Program-made: the position numbers and the translations under genes
The notes under the pieces: generated by a model
Told to the model about the DNA's origin: nothing
Seen by the model: only the letters and a program-made list of their open reading frames with translations
Databases searched by the model: none
Assembly (NCBI GenBank): GCA_902478875.1
Contig: CABSMZ010000001.1
Coordinates: 1 to 54,873 of the forward strand
Origin: an uncultured Collinsella sp.
GTDB taxonomy: Bacteria; Actinomycetota; Coriobacteriia; Coriobacteriales; Coriobacteriaceae
DNA length: 54,873 nt
Direction: 5' to 3'
Shown here: one piece after another, positions 50,072-54,873 of the stretch
Position numbering within the stretch: the first letter of the stretch is position 1
How the letters are laid out: the number at the start of each line of letters is the position of its first letter

Positions 50072-52261
50072 ATGAAGAACATCCTGCATCTGTTTAAGCG
50101 CGATGTCCAAAACGTGTCTCGCTCCGTGATCGGCTTGGTTGTCGTGATGGGCCTCATTATCGTACCGTGTCTGTACGCGTGGTTTAACATCGCCGGCAGC
50201 TGGGATCCGTACGGCAACACCGGCAATCTTAAGATCGCCGTGGTCAACACCGATGAGGGTTACGAGAGCGATTTGATCCCCGTCGAGGTTAACGTGGGCG
50301 AAAACGTGACCGCCACCCTACGCGGCAACGAGAGCTTCGATTGGGTTGTGCTCAACAATCGCGAAAAGGCTATCGAGGGCGTTAAGTCGGGCGCGTACTA
50401 TGCTGCCGTCGTTATCCCCAAAACGTTTAGCGCTGACATGATGACGCTTTTCTCGACCGACGTGAAGCATGCCGATATCGAGTTCTACGAGAATCAGAAG
50501 GCCAACGCCATTGCGCAGATCGTGACCGAGAAGGGTTCGAGCGCCGTCCAGAGCCAGGTTAACAAAACTTTTACCGAGACCATTACGAGCATCGGTCTTA
50601 AGACGGTGTCCAGCCTGCTCGATTACATGAGCACCGACCAGGTCAGCAACTTTATCGCCAACCTGTCCTCGACGCTCGGCGATTCGGTCCAGGACCTGCA
50701 GGACGTTCAGGCCAGCGCAACGTCGCTTGCGGGCATTTTGAGCTCCACGTCCGATTCGCTGACGTCGGCGAGCGGCATGCTCAAGCAGACGGGCACGGTC
50801 GATGAGTCAACGAAGCAGCTGATGGAGCATGTCAAGAGCGGTATTAGCGATTCCAAGGAAGCGCTGAAGGACGCCAACGACGCCATCAATGCCGCGATTG
50901 ACGGAAGCGCGGGCTCGTTTGACAACGTGTCCGCCGAGCTTGCGAAGGCATTTGATGCCGCGAATCAACATGTCGACCTTACAGTGTCCCAGCTCAACGA
51001 TGCCGCGGCGGCGCTCAACACGCGTGCCGACGATATCGACGCCACGGCCGACCAGCTCCGCAGCTTTGCCGATCAGGTGACTGACGAAAAACTCCAGGAC
51101 AGCCTCAAGTCTGTGGCAACATCGCTGAGCAGGATTGCTGTGGAGTATCGCAACAACGCCAAGGACTTGACGGCCACCGCGAAGTCTCTCTCTGACAGCA
51201 TGGCAGAGGTTAATAAGTCGCGTGCCGAGGTCGATCAGGCAATCGCGGATGCCAAGGCTGGTATCTCGGGCGCCAAGACTGACTACGACTCTACGTTTTC
51301 GGCCAAGGCAAAGGAGCTCAAGAAGACCATCTCGGGCGTTTTGGATTCGCTGAACGGTATTTCGAACGATCTGGATAGTGCTGTTGCCGGCCTGACCGAC
51401 GCATCCGGTTCGCTGGCAAAGGGCCTCTCCAAGGCTGCAAAGCTGGTCAACAAGGCTTCTGATCAGCTGGGCGAGGCGTCGGACAAGATCAGTGCGTTTA
51501 AGGACGAGCTCGACGGCGCCTTGATGTCGGATGACCTCGCTACGATCAAGACGATGATCGGCAATGATCCCGAGGGTCTGGCCGTGTCGCTTTCCGGCCC
51601 CGTCGCGCTCGATCGCAAGCCGGTCTATCCGATTCGCAACTACGGTTCGGCCATGGCACCGTTCTACACGATTCTGTCGCTCTGGGTGGGCTCGATTGTG
51701 CTGGCGGCCATGATGAAGGTCTCGGTTGACGATGAGCTTATCAACGAGCTCATCCCCGTGCGCCTGCACGAGATCTACCTGGGCCGCTACCTGTTCTTTG
51801 GCGGTCTGGCCCTGCTGCAGGCAACGCTCGTGTGTGCGGGCGACATCCTGTTCTTTGGCATCCAGTGCGACGACCCGCTGCAGTTTGTGCTGGCGGGCTG
51901 GGTCGCGAGTCTCGTGTTCTCCAATATCGTCTACACGCTTACGGTTTCGTTTGGCGATATCGGCAAGGCGCTCGCCGTCGTGCTGCTGGTCATGCAGGTC
52001 GGCGGTTCGGGCGGCACGTTCCCCATCGAGATGACCGGCCCCGTGTTCCAGGCGATCTATCCGTTCCTGCCGTTCACCCACGGCATCAACGCCATGCATG
52101 CCGCCATGGCCGGTGCGTACCACATGGAGTACTGGATTGAGCTAGGCATTCTGGCGAGCTATCTGATTCCGTCGCTGGCACTGGGCGTCGTCTTCCGCCG
52201 CCCGGTCATCAAAGCCAACGACTGGATCATCGAAAAACTGGAGTCAACCAAATTGATTTAG
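50072..52261 (+). CDS. YhgE/Pip-domain membrane protein (second paralog)
   Basis: LYAWFNI..SWDPYGNT, NYGSAMAPFYT.LSLWVG and GGTFPIE motifs; RBS AAGGAGGTG. Confidence 0.92.
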   Translation: MKNILHLFKRDVQNVSRSVIGLVVVMGLIIVPCLYAWFNIAGSWDPYGNTGNLKIAVVNTDEGYESDLIPVEVNVGENVTATLRGNESFDWVVLNNREKAIEGVKSGAYYAAVVIPKTFSADMMTLFSTDVKHADIEFYENQKANAIAQIVTEKGSSAVQSQVNKTFTETITSIGLKTVSSLLDYMSTDQVSNFIANLSSTLGDSVQDLQDVQASATSLAGILSSTSDSLTSASGMLKQTGTVDESTKQLMEHVKSGISDSKEALKDANDAINAAIDGSAGSFDNVSAELAKAFDAANQHVDLTVSQLNDAAAALNTRADDIDATADQLRSFADQVTDEKLQDSLKSVATSLSRIAVEYRNNAKDLTATAKSLSDSMAEVNKSRAEVDQAIADAKAGISGAKTDYDSTFSAKAKELKKTISGVLDSLNGISNDLDSAVAGLTDASGSLAKGLSKAAKLVNKASDQLGEASDKISAFKDELDGALMSDDLATIKTMIGNDPEGLAVSLSGPVALDRKPVYPIRNYGSAMAPFYTILSLWVGSIVLAAMMKVSVDDELINELIPVRLHEIYLGRYLFFGGLALLQATLVCAGDILFFGIQCDDPLQFVLAGWVASLVFSNIVYTLTVSFGDIGKALAVVLLVMQVGGSGGTFPIEMTGPVFQAIYPFLPFTHGINAMHAAMAGAYHMEYWIELGILASYLIPSLALGVVFRRPVIKANDWIIEKLESTKLI

Positions 52262-52353
52262 TTCAGCAACGTAAACGCCGTCGGAACATCGAGATCTTCC
52301 AACCCGATGCTTTAGCGTAGTGAATTGCACGGGCTGCTTGGTTGTTGCTACAG

Positions 52354-52394
52354 TAGCGGGGCGTGCCGGGGGTCCGGTGCGCCCTGCTTTTATT
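52354..52394 (+). terminator. Intrinsic terminator-like hairpin between the pip genes and the EamA gene
   Basis: agcggggcgtgccgg-gggt-ccggtgcgccctgct followed by tttattt. Confidence 0.7.
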
Positions 52395-52462
52395 TGACCA
52401 TGAGGCGGCACGCAGCCATGCGCGTGCGGACACCACGCCCAGATTGAGCGCGAGGATGCCCT

Positions 52463-53446
52463 ATGGCCCAGCATGCCACTGACAATATCGAAATGATGCC
52501 CGATAGCCCTGTTGCTCGCGAGGACCTGGGCGCGGGCGGCACCTCCCGCGGCGCCGGCGCTCGCTCGCCGCTGTTCTGGAAAGTCCTGCTGCTTTCGGTG
52601 GCAGTCGTCTGGGGCTACTCCTTTACGACCATGAAGGACGCGCTCGACACCATTCCGGTGTTCGAACTGCTCTACGTGCGCTTTCTGCCTGCGGCGTTGG
52701 TCATGTTTTTCATCTTCCACAAGCGCATCATCGCGCACCTCAACGCCCGCAACCTTATCGTCGGACTTGGCATGGGCGCACTTATGTGGGCCGCCTACGC
52801 CCTGCAGACAGTCGGTCTGGCGCACACCACGGCGGGCAAGAATGCTTTTTTGACGGGCACGTATTGCATCGTTGTGCCGTTCGCGAGCTATTTTCTGAGC
52901 GGCGAAAAACTCACCCGCTATAACCTGGGCGCGGCGCTGCTGTGCTTGGCGGGCATTGGCTTGGTGGCGCTCGATAGCGTCGAGTTCAATGTCGGCGATG
53001 TCATTACGCTGGCGGGTGCGGTCTTTTTCGCCATCCAGATGGCGGTGACTGCCAAGTACGGTCGCAAAATGGACATCAACGTCATCACGTTTTGGATGTT
53101 TGTGGGCAACGGCGTGCTGAGCCTGATCTCGTCGCTGCTATTCGAGACCCAAGCGCCGCTGTCCGTTTGGACGCCGAGCTTTATCAGTGTGATGGCGTTT
53201 CTCTCGGTGGGCTGCACATGTGTGGCTCTGCTCATCCAAAACGTCGGCCTGGCGCATGTCCCGGCCTCGACGGGCTCGCTGCTCCTTTCGATGGAGTCGC
53301 CTTCGGGTGTGCTGTTCTCGGTGCTGCTGATGGGGGAGGCGCTCACCTCGCGCCTGCTTGCCGGCTTCGCGCTCATCTTTCTTTCGATTATCTTGAGCGA
53401 GACGCATTTCGATTTCTTGCGCCGAAAATCACACCCGCAATTGTAA
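52463..53446 (+). CDS. DMT/EamA family transporter
   Basis: About 10 TMs; VWGYSF, LQTVGL..TTAGKNAFLT and SMESP motifs. Confidence 0.9.
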   Translation: MAQHATDNIEMMPDSPVAREDLGAGGTSRGAGARSPLFWKVLLLSVAVVWGYSFTTMKDALDTIPVFELLYVRFLPAALVMFFIFHKRIIAHLNARNLIVGLGMGALMWAAYALQTVGLAHTTAGKNAFLTGTYCIVVPFASYFLSGEKLTRYNLGAALLCLAGIGLVALDSVEFNVGDVITLAGAVFFAIQMAVTAKYGRKMDINVITFWMFVGNGVLSLISSLLFETQAPLSVWTPSFISVMAFLSVGCTCVALLIQNVGLAHVPASTGSLLLSMESPSGVLFSVLLMGEALTSRLLAGFALIFLSIILSETHFDFLRRKSHPQL

Positions 53447-53562
53447 ACAACTTGTTGCGCCGCCCTCCCAGGGCGGCATTTTTTATGTCATGCCCTTACA
53501 GTTGTACCTTGCACTTTACGCTATCAAAGTGCGTGCTGCAAAAACGTTACTGGAGGGCATCT

Positions 53563-54861
53563 ATGGCACCAGCTCTGTCCGATTTTCAACCGCAACCAGC
53601 GCCTCAGGCTACCACAACGGCGCAGACCGCTATCGGCGACGGTCTTGTCGCAGAAGCTCAGGCTTTTGCAGACGAGCTCGCTGCGTGGCGACACGATCTA
53701 CACCAGATGCCTGAGCTCGGTAACAATCTTCCGCAGACGTCTGCCTATATCCAGGCACGTCTGGACGAGATGGACATCCCCCATACCACGCTCGTCGACG
53801 GTTCCTGCGTCGTTGGCCTGATCGGTGCCGGTGCGGCCGCGGCCGCTCAGGGCAATGGCACGTGCAAGGACGAGCAGGCCGGAACGGTCGTCATGCTCCG
53901 AGGCGATATGGATGCCCTGCCCGTTGTCGAGGAATCCGGCGAGCCCTTTGCATCCACCAATGGCTGCATGCATGCTTGCGGTCACGATATGCACGCGACG
54001 GCACTGCTTGGTGCGGCGCGCCTGCTCAAGGCCCGCGAGGCCGAGCTTGTGGAGGCCAACGCCACGGTGAAGTTGCTGTTCCAGCCGGGCGAGGAGACCT
54101 TTGAAGGGGCGCGCGCTGCCATCGCCGATGGCCTGCTGCAGAACCCGCGCCCCCAGGCTGCCTTTGCCATGCACGTCAACAGCCAATCGCCGCTCGGCCT
54201 GGTGCTCTATGGGAGCCCGGCGCTTTCGGGCGTGTACGGTTTCCGCATCACGCTCCAGGGCAAGGGCGGCCATGGCTCGAGCCCCGAGATCTGCATCGAC
54301 CCCATCACGGCCGGCGTCCATGTGCACCTGGCGCTCCAGGAGCTCATCTCCCGCGAGGTGCCGGCGGCCAAGGAAGTCGCACTTACCGTTGGTAAGTTTG
54401 CCGGCGGCTTGGCGGCCAACGTCATCCCCGACACCTGCGTGCTCGAGGGAACGCTGCGCGGCTTTGATGTTGAGCTCATGGAGCACCTAAAGACCCGCAT
54501 CGCGGAGGTCGTTAACGGCGTTGCCGCAACATATCGTACGCCGGCGACCATCGAGACGCTTTCGGATGTTCCGCCGCTTGTACTCGACAGCGATATGACT
54601 CAGGCGTCGCTTGGCTACGTGGGCGCAGTGCTGCCCAAGGTGGCTTTCTTGCCGCTTTTCCATGCCATGGCGAGTGAGGACTTTGCGCTTATCTCGAGCG
54701 AGATTCCGAGTGCGTACTTTACCGTGGGCGCGGCCGTAACCGACACGGACGAACACTTTGCCCAGCACCATCCCAAGGCACGTTTTAACGATGCCGAGCT
54801 TCCTCTCGGTGCCGCGGCCTATACCGCCGTCGCTTTGGGCTATATCGCCGACCACCGGTAG
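53563..54861 (+). CDS. M20 family amidohydrolase
   Basis: LHQMPELG, RGDMDALP, MHACGHD, FQPGEE, GKGGHG, SEDF and HHPK motifs; ATG after GGAGG. Confidence 0.93.
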   Translation: MAPALSDFQPQPAPQATTTAQTAIGDGLVAEAQAFADELAAWRHDLHQMPELGNNLPQTSAYIQARLDEMDIPHTTLVDGSCVVGLIGAGAAAAAQGNGTCKDEQAGTVVMLRGDMDALPVVEESGEPFASTNGCMHACGHDMHATALLGAARLLKAREAELVEANATVKLLFQPGEETFEGARAAIADGLLQNPRPQAAFAMHVNSQSPLGLVLYGSPALSGVYGFRITLQGKGGHGSSPEICIDPITAGVHVHLALQELISREVPAAKEVALTVGKFAGGLAANVIPDTCVLEGTLRGFDVELMEHLKTRIAEVVNGVAATYRTPATIETLSDVPPLVLDSDMTQASLGYVGAVLPKVAFLPLFHAMASEDFALISSEIPSAYFTVGAAVTDTDEHFAQHHPKARFNDAELPLGAAAYTAVALGYIADHR

Positions 54862-54873
54862 CACCCAACCTTG

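Overview
GC-rich chromosomal window, most likely from a Coriobacteriia gut actinobacterium (Collinsella-like; inferred from gene content and composition). It is mostly housekeeping. In order: ECF cobalt/nickel transporter end, pyk, a P-type cation ATPase, rsgA, a Gram-positive-type Tad/Flp pilus operon followed by a small toxin-antitoxin pair, a degenerate GH5, rsmI-metG-rsmA-tatD, SPFH-rlmH-proC, serS, a D,D-carboxypeptidase divergent from a VanRS-like pair, pstB-phoP-phoR, an orphan cpsC-D-B tyrosine kinase module, htpG, two YhgE/Pip genes, an EamA transporter and an M20 amidohydrolase. There are six tRNA genes (Phe, Leu, Arg x3, Ser). No CRISPR array, integrase or recognisable transposase was seen. 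The most striking unexplained signal is that all six tRNA genes are followed, just after their terminator, by an antisense copy of their own T-arm at a near-fixed distance (68, 68, 68, 68, 69 and 74 nt). In four cases this continues into a ~90-110 nt hairpin-rich scaffold (GNA triloops, tandem GA pairs, compensatory changes) and then a ~55-64 bp duplication of that tRNA's 3' end plus terminator. The same scaffold sits on unrelated tRNAs (Leu and Arg) with host-matched flanks, suggesting a small non-coding, tRNA-targeting element family. Other candidates are a riboswitch-like leader on the P-type ATPase, pilins with Ala instead of Gly at the -1 position, a GH5 pseudoenzyme and several REP-like palindromes.
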